Source: Candidatus Multivoradales bacterium
GTDB lineage: Bacteria; Acidobacteriota; Thermoanaerobaculia; Multivoradales; Multivoraceae
Length of the DNA: 64,000 bases
Direction: 5' to 3'
NCBI GenBank assembly: GCA_965223325.1
Contig: CBDCWI010000001.1
Location: 1,536,001-1,600,000, forward strand
Below the pieces are notes generated by a model. The model was given only the letters and a program-made list of their open reading frames with translations, did not search any database and was not told the origin of the DNA. Below are positions 38,788 through 48,811 of this stretch, in pieces. Position 1 is the stretch's first letter. Each line of letters starts with the position of its first letter. The translations under genes and the position numbers were made by a program.

Positions 38788-39966
38788 TTAGCCGTAACTT
38801 CGCGGTAGACCCAGAACGTTCTGGGCTATGAAGGCGAGAACCATGTTGGTCGAGATGGGAGCGGTACGGAAGAGACGGGTTTCTCGCCACTTTCGTTCGA
38901 TGTCGTACTCGCTGGCGAAGGCGAACCCGCCGAAGGTCTGAAAGCAGGTGTCGCCAATCTTCCAGGCAGCTTCGGAGGCCAGGAGCTTGGCGGTGTTGGC
39001 TTCGGCGCCGCAGGGCTCGCCGGCGTCAAACATGGCGGCGGCCTTGCGAACCATCATGTCGGCGGCCTGGATCTCGGCCCAGGACTGTGCAATGGGGAAT
39101 GCAACGCCCTGGTTCTGACCGATCGGGCGGCCGAAGACTTCGCGCTGGTTGGCGTACTCGACGGCTCTGGCCAGGAACCAGCGGGCGTCCCCTAGGGCTT
39201 CACCCGAGAGCAGAATGCGTTCGGCGTTCATGCCGTCGAGGATGTAGCGAAAACCAAGGCCTTCTTCGCCGATGAGCGCGTCGACCGGAACCCTCAGCCG
39301 CTCGAAGAAGACCTCGTTGGTGTTGTGGTTGATCATCGTGTCGATGGGTCGGATTTCGCAACCGCCGCTCTCGACTGCTGCGCGCAGGTCGATGAGAAAG
39401 ACGGAGAGGCCGTGGGAGCGCTTCTCGACGTCTCCTAGAGGTGTCGTGCGCGCCAGCAGCACCATGAGGTCGGACTGAAGGGCGCGGCTGGTCCAGATCT
39501 TCTGGCCACTGATGATGTATTCGTCGCCCTTTCGTTCGGCGAAGGTCTTGAGCTTCAGGGTTTCGGAGCCAGTGGTGGGTTCTGAGACGCCGAAGGCCTG
39601 GAGGCGGAGCTCGCCGCGGGCGATTTGCGGGAGGTAGCGCTCCTTCTGCGCTTCGCTCCCATGGCGCAAGAGCGTGCCCATGGTGTACATCTGGGCGTGG
39701 CAGGCGGCGGCGTTGCAGCCGGCTTCGTGGATGGTCTCGAGGATCACGACGCCGGCCCGCAGCGGCAGGCCTGCCCCGCCGTACTCTTCGGGAATCAGTG
39801 CCGCCAGGTACTCGTGCTCGGTGAGCGCCCGGACGAACTCTTCCGGGTACTGCTTCAGGGCGTCGAGTTCCCGCCAATACGCACCGGGGAAGCGCGCGCA
39901 GATGCGGCGCACGGGTTCGCGGAGGAACTCGAAGTCCTGCCCAATCTCGACCTGGATGGCTGCCAT
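38788..39966 (-). CDS. Acyl-CoA dehydrogenase family protein
   Basis: IPEEYGG, AFGVSEP, GQKIWTS, R.VFGRPIGQNQG, QTFGGF. Confidence 0.93.
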   Translation of the reverse strand: MAAIQVEIGQDFEFLREPVRRICARFPGAYWRELDALKQYPEEFVRALTEHEYLAALIPEEYGGAGLPLRAGVVILETIHEAGCNAAACHAQMYTMGTLLRHGSEAQKERYLPQIARGELRLQAFGVSEPTTGSETLKLKTFAERKGDEYIISGQKIWTSRALQSDLMVLLARTTPLGDVEKRSHGLSVFLIDLRAAVESGGCEIRPIDTMINHNTNEVFFERLRVPVDALIGEEGLGFRYILDGMNAERILLSGEALGDARWFLARAVEYANQREVFGRPIGQNQGVAFPIAQSWAEIQAADMMVRKAAAMFDAGEPCGAEANTAKLLASEAAWKIGDTCFQTFGGFAFASEYDIERKWRETRLFRTAPISTNMVLAFIAQNVLGLPRSYG

Positions 39967-40025
39967 CGCGCGAAGATAGCAGCGCCGGTCGCTCGACCCG
40001 AGAAATCCAAGAACCACCCCAGTCA

Positions 40026-40090
40026 ATTGCCCGGGAAGCGCCCGGGAAGCGCCCGGGAATTGCCCGGGAGAGGCCCGGGAGAGGCCCGGG
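40026..40090. repeat. 11-bp-period tandem repeat with core GCCCGGGA, 6 copies
   Basis: Cores at 40029, 40040, 40051, 40062, 40073 and 40084. Confidence 0.9.
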
Positions 40091-40136
40091 GCTTCGAGGC
40101 TTTCCGACCGCCCGGGAGCGTGCTACTCTCTGGGCC

Positions 40137-40276
40137 GCTCATCGAGACCGGCTGAGGGACTAGGCCCTTTGACGCCGGGGCAACCGCCAGAGGCTTCGCG
40201 GCCACTGGAAAGGTGCCAACTCCTACGGGGACTTCGCCCACCGCATGCGGCGAGCGAGGCCACCGGAAGATGAGAG
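40137..40276 (+). ncRNA. SAM-I (S-box) riboswitch
   Basis: CTCATC...GAGGGACTAGGCCC..TGA..GGCAACC...GGTGCCAACTCC...GATGAG matches the S-box consensus; upstream of metB; TGCTACTCT extended -10-like element at 40121. Confidence 0.9.
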
Positions 40277-40476
40277 CACCGAACGTCCTTCTGGACTGAA
40301 CGCGCTTCTCGAACGGCAGTTCTCCCCCAGAGGTGTTCCCCACCAGGGAATGGCGTTTGGCCGCGACCAACACTTCCTCCCCTTCGGAAACTCGTTGAGC
40401 CTGAATCGGCTTCGGGTCCGGTTGGCCGTCATTCGGGTGGCACGGAGACTCAGGAGCCAGAAACCAGGAGACAACC

Positions 40477-41784
40477 ATGTGTCCGATTCAGGCCCAGCCC
40501 AACTGTGAGGCCAAGAAGAAGCGACCGCGCAAGCTCAAGTCGGCGACGCGTGCGGTACGTGCCGCACTGGCGACTGACGAGCAGCACGGTGCGGTGATCC
40601 CGCCACTCCACCTTTCGTCGAATTTCACCTTCAGCGGGTTCGACCAGATGCGCCAGTACGACTACACGCGCTCGGGCAACCCCACCCGCTCTGCCCTCGG
40701 CCAGGCCCTCGCCGAGCTCGAGGGTGGACACAGCGCGGTGGTGGTTTCATCAGGCATGGCAGCAGTGACTCTGGTCACGCAGCTGCTCGAACCTGGGCAG
40801 CTGCTGGTGGCGCCGCATGACTGCTATGGCGGCACCTACCGCCTGTTTCGAAGCCTCGCCGATCGCGGCGCCTTCCGTGTCGAGTTCGTCGACCAGACTG
40901 ACGACGAAGCCCTGGCCGCGACGGTCGAGCGCGGGCCGGCATTGGTGTGGGTAGAGACTCCGAGCAATCCACTGTTGCGCATCGTCGACCTCGAGAAGCT
41001 CTCCGGTCTCGCCCGCCAGCATGATGCACTGCTGGTGGTCGACAATACGTTTCTCTCACCCGTCCTGCAGCAGCCGTTCAGGTACGGCGCCGATCTGGTG
41101 ATTCACTCGACCACCAAGTACCTCAACGGACATAGCGACGTGGTCGGTGGCGCAGTCGTCGCCCGCACCGCCGAACTCGGAGAGCGCATGCAGTTCTGGT
41201 CGAACTGCCTTGGTCTGACCGGGGCGCCGTTTGACAGCTATCTCACCCTGCGTGGTCTTCGCACCCTGCATGCGCGCTGGCGACAGCACGACGAGAACTG
41301 CGGCCGGGTCCTCGACCTCTTGACCGAGCACTCCGCAGTTCGGCGGGTCTTTCACCCCAGTCTCGAGAGCCATCCTGGACATGAGATCGCCAAACGCCAG
41401 CAGGCCGGGTTCGGAGCGATGCTCTCGTTCGAGCTCGAGCCTTGTCCCGAGGGCGGCGAGACGGCGGCTGTCGAGCGCTTCCTGAACGGCCTCCGTTGCC
41501 TCTCCCTGGCGGAGTCTCTGGGCGGGGTTGAGAGCCTGATCGCGCACCCAGCGACGATGACCCACGCCTCGATGGACGCCGGGGCACGAGAGGCCGCCGG
41601 CATCGGGCCGGGGCTACTGCGGCTGTCTGTCGGCATCGAGGACCCTGAGGATCTGGTGGCCGATCTCGAGGCCGCGCTCGATCGAGCTTTTGTCCCAGCT
41701 GGAGCGCTCCCCGCTGCAACGTCCAGAGCTGGAACGCCCAGAACCGGAAAGCCCAGAGCTAGAACGCTCAGAGCGGCGATCTAG
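40477..41784 (+). CDS. metB: Cystathionine gamma-synthase
   Basis: YDYTRSGNPTR, PHDCYGGTYR, ETPSNP, HSTTKYLNGHSD, SLGGVESLIAHPATMTH. Confidence 0.92.
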   Translation: MCPIQAQPNCEAKKKRPRKLKSATRAVRAALATDEQHGAVIPPLHLSSNFTFSGFDQMRQYDYTRSGNPTRSALGQALAELEGGHSAVVVSSGMAAVTLVTQLLEPGQLLVAPHDCYGGTYRLFRSLADRGAFRVEFVDQTDDEALAATVERGPALVWVETPSNPLLRIVDLEKLSGLARQHDALLVVDNTFLSPVLQQPFRYGADLVIHSTTKYLNGHSDVVGGAVVARTAELGERMQFWSNCLGLTGAPFDSYLTLRGLRTLHARWRQHDENCGRVLDLLTEHSAVRRVFHPSLESHPGHEIAKRQQAGFGAMLSFELEPCPEGGETAAVERFLNGLRCLSLAESLGGVESLIAHPATMTHASMDAGAREAAGIGPGLLRLSVGIEDPEDLVADLEAALDRAFVPAGALPAATSRAGTPRTGKPRARTLRAAI

Positions 41785-41816
41785 GGTTGCCTCAAGGGAC
41801 CCAGGCCCCTGCTTCT

Positions 41817-43304
41817 CTAGGAGCGTGCCTTGCGTCGGCGCACATGCGCCGGCGCACGCACGCGATGGATGCGCATGAGGTTGGTGGGCGGCCGCTCTCG
41901 AATCGGGTCACCGTGCAGAACGACAATGATGTCGCCGACCTTGGCAATGCCCTTGGCAATGAACAACCGGTCAACCAGCTCGACGACCTCGGTGTGCTGC
42001 TCGACACGCTCGTCGAAAAGGAGCGACTCGACACCCCAGACCAACCTCAGGTGGCGCGCCGCCTCGACCGACTGAGTCAGCGCGAAGACCGGGCGCGACG
42101 GGCGACGGCCGGCGATCTGCCGGGCCGTGAAGCCGCCCTGGGTGAGCGCGACGATCGCCACTGCGTCGGTTTGATGAGCCGACATGACGGCGGCGGCCGA
42201 CACGGTCTCGGGAATCTCGAGAGTGCCCGGCCGGTCCGGAGGGTCGAGGTTGTAGGCCCCCGGCGCGTTGATCGAACTTCCGGCGTGTCGGCGATGGTAG
42301 CGCTCCGCTTCATGGATGATCCGCGCCATCGTCTGCACCGCCTTGATCGGATGCCTGCCGGCTGCCGACTCGCCCGAGAGCATGAGCGCATCGGCACCGT
42401 CGAACACTGCGTTGGCGACGTCGGAAGACTCGGCGCGCGTCGGCCGCGGGTTCTCCATCATCGACTCGAGCATCTGGGTCGCAACGATGACCGGCCGCCC
42501 GAGTCGCCAGGCGGCATCGATGATGCGCTTCTGGAGGACCGGCACCTGGTGTAACGGCACTTCGACGCCCAGGTCACCGCGCGCCACCATCACCGCATCG
42601 GATGCCAGGACCAGCTCCTCGAGATGGTCGATGGCTCGGCCGCGCTCGAGCTTGGCAATGATTGGGATGTCACCACCGGCGCGCTTGATCCCGCGGCGCA
42701 CCGCATTCAGGTCGTCGGCGGTTCCGACGTAGCTGGCTGCTATGTAGTCGGTACCTTCTTCGACTGCCATCCTGATGTCGCGGCGATCTTTGCGGGAGAT
42801 GGTGAACGGGAGCTTGCTATCGGGAAGGTTCAAGCCCTTGTGATTCGAAACCGGGCCTCCCGAAACCACCCGGACCCGCACCCGCCGCAAGCGCTTCGAA
42901 ACCACTTCGAGCTCGATCAAGCCGTCGCCGATGAGGACCCTTTCGCCCTTCTTGAGGTGGTCGACGATCTCATCGCCTGACACTGGAAGGTCTTCGTTGC
43001 CCTGGTCTCCGAGCGTCAGAACTTCGCCCTCGACCAGCTCACGCCGCCCGCCGTTGATTGTTCCCAGCCGATAGCGCGGGCCCATGAGGTCTGCGATGAC
43101 TCCCACCTCGATACCCAGGCGCGCGCTCACCGCCCGAATGCGGTGAATGGTCTCGCGGTGCTCTTTGGGTTTACCGTGTGAGAGGTTGAGCCGGCAGAGG
43201 TCAGCCCCAGCCTCGAAAAGGCGCTCGAGGCTGGCCTCGTCCCACGACGCCGGGCCAACGGTCGCCACGATCTTCGCTCGGCGCCTCGGCGCCAGGTTCG
43301 GCAC
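41817..43304 (-). CDS. pyk: Pyruvate kinase
   Basis: KIVATVGPAS, RLNLSHG, MVARGDLGVE, ATQMLESM, PTRAE, MLSGESA. Confidence 0.97.
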   Translation of the reverse strand: MPNLAPRRRAKIVATVGPASWDEASLERLFEAGADLCRLNLSHGKPKEHRETIHRIRAVSARLGIEVGVIADLMGPRYRLGTINGGRRELVEGEVLTLGDQGNEDLPVSGDEIVDHLKKGERVLIGDGLIELEVVSKRLRRVRVRVVSGGPVSNHKGLNLPDSKLPFTISRKDRRDIRMAVEEGTDYIAASYVGTADDLNAVRRGIKRAGGDIPIIAKLERGRAIDHLEELVLASDAVMVARGDLGVEVPLHQVPVLQKRIIDAAWRLGRPVIVATQMLESMMENPRPTRAESSDVANAVFDGADALMLSGESAAGRHPIKAVQTMARIIHEAERYHRRHAGSSINAPGAYNLDPPDRPGTLEIPETVSAAAVMSAHQTDAVAIVALTQGGFTARQIAGRRPSRPVFALTQSVEAARHLRLVWGVESLLFDERVEQHTEVVELVDRLFIAKGIAKVGDIIVVLHGDPIRERPPTNLMRIHRVRAPAHVRRRKARS

Positions 43305-43307
43305 GCG

Positions 43308-44336
43308 CTAGTTCCTCTCGCCACCGGCAACCAAGAGCCGCACCAGATCGGCGACCCGGTTCGAGTAGCCCCACTCGTTGTCGTACCAGGATAGGACCCG
43401 CACATAGCCACCCGACAGCGTGGTCGTCGAAAGCGCATCAAAGATCGATGAGTGGGCATTGCCAATCACGTCGGTCGAGACCAGCGGGTCTTCGCTGTAC
43501 TCGAGAACGCCGCGCATGGGTCCTTCGGCGTGTTCGCGCACCAGCCCATTGATCTCGGCGACTGTGGGTTGCTGTTCGAGCCGCACTGTGAAGTCGACAA
43601 TCGAACCGTCGGGAACCGGAACTCGAATCGCCATGCCATCGAGCTTGCCGTCGAGTTCGGGCAAGACCTTGCCAACCGCGCGCGCCGCGCCGGTGCTGGT
43701 TGGAATGAGGTTCTCTGCCGCCGCCCGGCTCCTGCGCAGGTCTTTGTGTGGCACGTCGGCGAGTCTCTGACTGCTGGTGTAGGCATGCACAGTGGTAATG
43801 AGACCCTCACCGATTCCCCAGGCCTCGTGGAAGATCTTGGCGAGCGGTGCGAGACAGTTGGTCGTGCACGATGCGTTCGAGACCAACCTGTGTTCCGGCC
43901 GGAGGTCGTCATCGTTGACGCCCATCACCACGATCGCATCGAGGTCGTCCTTCGGCGGAACCGTGAGCACGACCTTGCCGGCGCCCGCCGCCAGATGGCT
44001 CTCGAGCTGCGCACGTTTCCGGAACACCCCGGTCGCCTCGACGACCACGTCGACGCCGTACTCGCCCCATGGGATCTTCGCCGGGTCGCGCTCCGCCGTC
44101 ATCACGATGCGCTCTGAGTTCACCGTCATGTCGTCTTCACCAACCTCGACGGGAAGCTCGAAACGGCCCTGCACCGAGTCGAAACGCAGAAGGTACGCCA
44201 GCTGCTCGTTCTCATAAAGGTCGTTGATCGCCACCACCTTGGCATCGTCGCGGTGAGCGAGAATCCGAAACACCGATCGCCCGATGCGACCGAAACCGTT
44301 GATGCCGACTCGAATTGGCTTCGCTGGAGCGCTCAT
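43308..44336 (-). CDS. gap: Type I glyceraldehyde-3-phosphate dehydrogenase
   Basis: GINGFGRIGR, SNASCTTNCLAP, PTSTGAA, MAIRVP, WYDNEWGY. Confidence 0.97.
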   Translation of the reverse strand: MSAPAKPIRVGINGFGRIGRSVFRILAHRDDAKVVAINDLYENEQLAYLLRFDSVQGRFELPVEVGEDDMTVNSERIVMTAERDPAKIPWGEYGVDVVVEATGVFRKRAQLESHLAAGAGKVVLTVPPKDDLDAIVVMGVNDDDLRPEHRLVSNASCTTNCLAPLAKIFHEAWGIGEGLITTVHAYTSSQRLADVPHKDLRRSRAAAENLIPTSTGAARAVGKVLPELDGKLDGMAIRVPVPDGSIVDFTVRLEQQPTVAEINGLVREHAEGPMRGVLEYSEDPLVSTDVIGNAHSSIFDALSTTTLSGGYVRVLSWYDNEWGYSNRVADLVRLLVAGGERN

Positions 44337-45374
44337 CTAGGCCGCCTCCCTTTCGAGTCGTCGTAGGCGGTAGATCAAGTCGAGGAGTCGGTTGACGTAG
44401 CCCTGGTGGTTGTCGAACCAGGCAATCGTCTTCGACAACCGGTCTCCCAGCACTCGAGTCGACGGTCCATCAAAGGTTGCCGAGTAGCGGCTGTTCTCGA
44501 TGTCGGTCGAGACGATCGGGTCGTCCTCGTACTCGACAATGCCGAACCAGTGGGCGCTCGCGGCAGTGCGAATCACTTCGTTGATCGAAGTCACATCGAC
44601 CGGCTCGCGATGCCAACAGGTGAGGTCGACGACCGAACCATTGGGCACCGGAACGTTCATCGCGCTGGCGAAGATCTTGCCGTTGAGCTGCGGCAGAACG
44701 CCAGTGATCAGCGGCGCCGTGCCGGTTTCCTGGGGAATGATGTTCTCTGCCGCGGCGCGCCCCGAGCGCATGTCTTCGGTGGGTACATCCGCCAGGCGTT
44801 GTTTGTTGGTGTAGGCGTGGACCGAGTTCAGAAAACACCGCTCGACGCCAAAGGCGCGGTCGAGAATCTCGAGAATCGGCGCTGCGCAGTGCGCAGTCGA
44901 TGACCCGTTGGAGATGATGCGATGGCCGTGCGCCAATTGATCGTCGTTGAGCCCCACGAAGGCCGTGATGTCGGGGTCATCGAGGGGCGGCACGCAGAGC
45001 ACCACGCGCCCCGCCCCGCGCTCGAGGTGCCCCTCGAGCTCGGCCCGCGAGCGCGACGTTCCACTCGCCTCGATCACAACGTCGGTCCCGTGCGCCGCCC
45101 AGTCGATCTCGCCCGGCTCGGTGGTGGCCACTAGCGGAATGCGCTGACCGGCGAGAAAGAGCGCTTCCTCGCTCGCCGAGACATCGACCGGGAAACGACC
45201 GGCGAGGGTATCGAAGCGCAGGAGGTACTCGAGCGTCTCGGAGTCTGCCGGGTCGGCGATCGCTGTGACCTCGACATCCTCGAGGTCCCAGACCAAGCGA
45301 AGAAAGTTGCGGCCGACACGGCCAAAACCAGTCAAGCCGACACGGATCGGCTTCTCGGAACGAGTTGGCGACAT
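44337..45374 (-). CDS. GAPDH-like paralog lacking the catalytic Cys
   Basis: GLTGFGRVGR retained; NGSSTAHC replaces NASCTTNC; SAMNVP; WFDNH. Confidence 0.9.
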   Translation of the reverse strand: MSPTRSEKPIRVGLTGFGRVGRNFLRLVWDLEDVEVTAIADPADSETLEYLLRFDTLAGRFPVDVSASEEALFLAGQRIPLVATTEPGEIDWAAHGTDVVIEASGTSRSRAELEGHLERGAGRVVLCVPPLDDPDITAFVGLNDDQLAHGHRIISNGSSTAHCAAPILEILDRAFGVERCFLNSVHAYTNKQRLADVPTEDMRSGRAAAENIIPQETGTAPLITGVLPQLNGKIFASAMNVPVPNGSVVDLTCWHREPVDVTSINEVIRTAASAHWFGIVEYEDDPIVSTDIENSRYSATFDGPSTRVLGDRLSKTIAWFDNHQGYVNRLLDLIYRLRRLEREAA

Positions 45375-45538
45375 GAGGTGCGCCTCTTGGATCGTGGAAT
45401 GAGAGTGCTCGGGAGTTCCCGAGACCGGACGGAAGCAGGCGGGACTTGGCGGCAGGAGGTCTCCCCGGCCTCTTGCTCTGGGCCTAGGGATCGGAGCGAA
45501 AGGCTATCGCAATCGCCGTTCTGGATCTCCCGTCACCA

Positions 45539-46672
45539 TCACTTCCGCTCGAGCGCCTGCGTGAGGTCACTCCACAGGTCTTCGATGTCTTCGATTCCCA
45601 CGCTCAGGCGCAGGAGCCCCGGAGGCAAGTGCTCCTGCCCGGGAATGACACTGCGGCGCTCCATCGTCGACTCGACGGCTCCCAGGCTGGTCGCATGTTG
45701 AATCAGTTCTACCCGCCGACAGACTTCGTCTGCACGTTCGCCGCCTCCCGTGACATCAAACGAGAGCATGCTGCCAAAGCCACGCAGCTGCTGACTGGCG
45801 AGCTCGAAGCCGGGATGTGAAGGCAAACCGGGATAGCGCACCAGCTCGACGGCCGGGTGCGCCGCGAGTCGACCCGCGAGCTCGCCGGCGTTCTCCTGGG
45901 CGCGCTCGAGTCGCAAGGCCATGGTGCGCAGGCCGCGAGTTGCGAGGAAACACTCGAGGCCGCCGGGCGTGGCTCCCGCCAGTAGGCGACTGGCCCTGAG
46001 CTGCTCATAGACCGCGTCGCTCCGAGTCGTCGCCGCACCGGCCAGAAGATCAGAGTGCCCACCGATGAACTTGGTGGCCGACTGGATCGAGACGTCGGCG
46101 CCGAGTTCGAGCGGCTGCTGGTTGAGCGGGGTTGCAAAAGTGTTGTCGACCGCCAGGATCGCTCCCGGCTTACGTTTCGCCCGGCAGATCGCCTCGATGT
46201 CGGCGATGACGAGCAGAGGATTGGAGGGCGACTCGAGCCAAACGAGATCTGCCTTTTGCAGGACCTCGATCCACCGCTCGGTGCTGGCGGTGGGAATCTG
46301 CACCACCCGGAATCGACCGAGCTCCTCGCCGCGCCGCGCCAGCCCGGTCACCCCTTGGTAGCAGTCGTCGGGCAGGGCGATGGTCGAGCCGGTGGCCAGC
46401 TGGTCGAAGACCGCTGCGATGGCCGCCATGCCCGAGGAGAAGACCACTGCGCGGCCCCCTTCGAGGCCACCCAACAGCGACTCGAGGGCGAGCCAGGTGG
46501 GCGTTCCGTCATCGCGGGCATACTCGAAAGTGCCACCGAGTTTAAAGTTCGACGCAGGCACGATGGGTACGTTCAGCGGCGCACCCTTCGCCGGACCTTC
46601 CCCTGTGCTGCGCCCTCCCGAGACCAACCGCGACGAGATCGTCCAGGATGGACGGTCGCTCCTTCGACCCAT
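45539..46672 (-). CDS. Second Cys/Met PLP trans-sulfuration enzyme
   Basis: YARDDGTPTW, ESPSNP, DNTFATP, SATKFIGGHSD, TSLGAVES. Confidence 0.9.
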   Translation of the reverse strand: MGRRSDRPSWTISSRLVSGGRSTGEGPAKGAPLNVPIVPASNFKLGGTFEYARDDGTPTWLALESLLGGLEGGRAVVFSSGMAAIAAVFDQLATGSTIALPDDCYQGVTGLARRGEELGRFRVVQIPTASTERWIEVLQKADLVWLESPSNPLLVIADIEAICRAKRKPGAILAVDNTFATPLNQQPLELGADVSIQSATKFIGGHSDLLAGAATTRSDAVYEQLRASRLLAGATPGGLECFLATRGLRTMALRLERAQENAGELAGRLAAHPAVELVRYPGLPSHPGFELASQQLRGFGSMLSFDVTGGGERADEVCRRVELIQHATSLGAVESTMERRSVIPGQEHLPPGLLRLSVGIEDIEDLWSDLTQALERK

Positions 46673-46681
46673 TTCCCCTCC

Positions 46682-48751
46682 TCAGTCGCCCGCCGGCAAA
46701 GGCAACGCGCGGCTCTCGAATGCCCGCGCCGCGGTGAACGCGCGCCGCGGCGTCTCACTGCGCACCTGCTCGAGCCACAGCACGCCATCGAACTCGCCGC
46801 TGTTGCCGCGCGTGGTCATGAAGTCGAGATCACCGTCGCCATCAAGGTCGCGGGCAATGAACATGTCGTTCATGCCACGCACCCGACGCGAGATGTCATG
46901 ACGCGCCCACGCGGCGTTCGTCGTCGCGTCGCCGCTCATGCGGTTCTCGAACCACGCGATGCGCCCCACCCGACTCTGTGCGGTGATCTCGGGCCCATCG
47001 CGATCGCGCGGCTCCTGGCTGTAGCCGCCAGTGATCAGGTCGAGATCACCGTCACCGTCGATGTCGGCGAGGGTGACTCCAGTGGGTGAGTCGGGGGCGA
47101 CCGAGCCAATGGGGTGAATCGACCATGGCTCGCTCCGGTCGCTGGGTTGTTCGAGCCACACATTCGTAAAGGGCGTCTCCTGCAAGACGACGTCGAGATC
47201 GCCGTCGTGATCGAGGTCGGCGAAGGCCATGTTCATCCCGGTCAGCCGCTTGGCGCCCGATTCTTGTGGCACCGACCGGCCGCTGACCTCGATGGGGTGC
47301 TCTTCGAACGCCAGGCTTCCGCGCTCGATGAGGTTCTCGAACCAAAAAACGCGCGCTTCGGCACGACTCCCCGCGATGAGATCGAGGTCACCGTCACCGT
47401 CGAGGTCGACCGGGCGGAGATTGATCGGCACTCCGATCCGGCGAAGCTCGTGTTCGGTCCAGCTCGCGTCGTCGAGCGGATCGCCATCGATGGAAAACCA
47501 AGACAGAGCCCGTAGGTCATCGGGATCGCCGGCGGTGAGCCCGGCGTAGAGCACCGCACCTTTGTTTGGCGCTGTTGCTTCGAGATCACCGTCGCCGTCG
47601 AGGTCGGCGAGAAAGGCCCTGATCCAGGAACCACGATCGACGGTCATCGACGGCTTGTGGCTGTCCCACACTCCACTCCGCACTGCGCTGGCGCCGCCAG
47701 GTGTCAAGGGGTTCTCGAAATAGATCAGGTGGTCGAGCTCGGCCGCCGCCAGCAGATCGAGGTCACCGTCCTGGTCGACGTCGCCAACCGCAACATCTTC
47801 AATGGTGTCGACGTCTTCACCCTCGGCCAGAGTCACGAGCTCCCAGCGATCCGGGTCGTCAGTGCCAAAGGCTAGCCGCAGGTGGCTCGAGTCTTCGTGC
47901 ACCGAGATCACGTCCTCGTACCCATCGCCATCGAGATCCGCCATCTGCAAGCCGTCGGCGCCACGCAGGGCGACGCCCGAGATGCCCTGATCGTCGACTC
48001 GATGCTCACGCCAGGTGATGAACGTGCCCTCCGGCGTCGTTGCCAGGCCCGGTTGGTCATCGACAGCAGAGCCCGCCGGGTCGAGAGCGCGCACTTGCAG
48101 ATCGGCAAAACGAACGTCGCCTTCGCGGAACTGCAGGCCGATCGCCGCCGGCGGCAACGGTTCCGGATCGAGATAGTCGACGACCCGCGCACCGTCGATG
48201 TAGACCGTGATGTGTCCCCCCTGCAGGCGAACCAGAAGGTCACGGGTGACGCCGCCATCGAAACGGCGCTCTGGATCGGGCGGCGGCACCGCCTGGGCCA
48301 CAGCCCGCGCCACCAGGCTGCCGGTGGGAAAGGGGTGGGAAGGAGGCGCGATATTGACTTCGTAGCAACCCGTCGCTGGCTCGGTGCAACCTTCGGTCAT
48401 GCGCAGAAAGATTCCAGAGTTGGTCTCGAGCGGTGACCAGAAGGTGAGCGACAGCTCGAAGTCGCCGTAGGGCTTCTCGGTAAGCAGAAAGCCTGGCTCA
48501 CCATCGTCGACTCTGATCACACCGTCTTCGAGACGCCAGTTGGCATCGCTCGTCGGCTTCCAACCTTCGAGACCATGTGCCCCCATGGGCGAAGTCCATC
48601 CACCGCCACGAACGAGCCACACCTTGGGTTTTCCGTCCGGGTCAGGAGCAGCCTCGCTGTCGCCGCCCGGCGAGCACGCAGAACCGAGGCCGATCACGCA
48701 CCCCGCCACGAGTGCGAGCATGACTCGAACGTGGGGTTCAGTGCTCTTCAT
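46682..48751 (-). CDS. Lipoprotein with DUF1080 and FG-GAP/VCBS repeats
   Basis: Lipobox LGSAC, NSGIFLR..YEVNI..IGLQ, repeated DLDGDGDLD. Confidence 0.88.
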   Translation of the reverse strand: MKSTEPHVRVMLALVAGCVIGLGSACSPGGDSEAAPDPDGKPKVWLVRGGGWTSPMGAHGLEGWKPTSDANWRLEDGVIRVDDGEPGFLLTEKPYGDFELSLTFWSPLETNSGIFLRMTEGCTEPATGCYEVNIAPPSHPFPTGSLVARAVAQAVPPPDPERRFDGGVTRDLLVRLQGGHITVYIDGARVVDYLDPEPLPPAAIGLQFREGDVRFADLQVRALDPAGSAVDDQPGLATTPEGTFITWREHRVDDQGISGVALRGADGLQMADLDGDGYEDVISVHEDSSHLRLAFGTDDPDRWELVTLAEGEDVDTIEDVAVGDVDQDGDLDLLAAAELDHLIYFENPLTPGGASAVRSGVWDSHKPSMTVDRGSWIRAFLADLDGDGDLEATAPNKGAVLYAGLTAGDPDDLRALSWFSIDGDPLDDASWTEHELRRIGVPINLRPVDLDGDGDLDLIAGSRAEARVFWFENLIERGSLAFEEHPIEVSGRSVPQESGAKRLTGMNMAFADLDHDGDLDVVLQETPFTNVWLEQPSDRSEPWSIHPIGSVAPDSPTGVTLADIDGDGDLDLITGGYSQEPRDRDGPEITAQSRVGRIAWFENRMSGDATTNAAWARHDISRRVRGMNDMFIARDLDGDGDLDFMTTRGNSGEFDGVLWLEQVRSETPRRAFTAARAFESRALPLPAGD

Positions 48752-48811
48752 GAGCTTCTCCGGCGGTCAAGAGTCCAAAGGGGCCGCCACTCACTGTACC
48801 CAACTGTCGCC

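Noticed and set aside
44337-45374. Erythrose-4-phosphate dehydrogenase (epd)
   Set aside because: Epd retains the catalytic Cys in NASCTTN; this protein has Ser.
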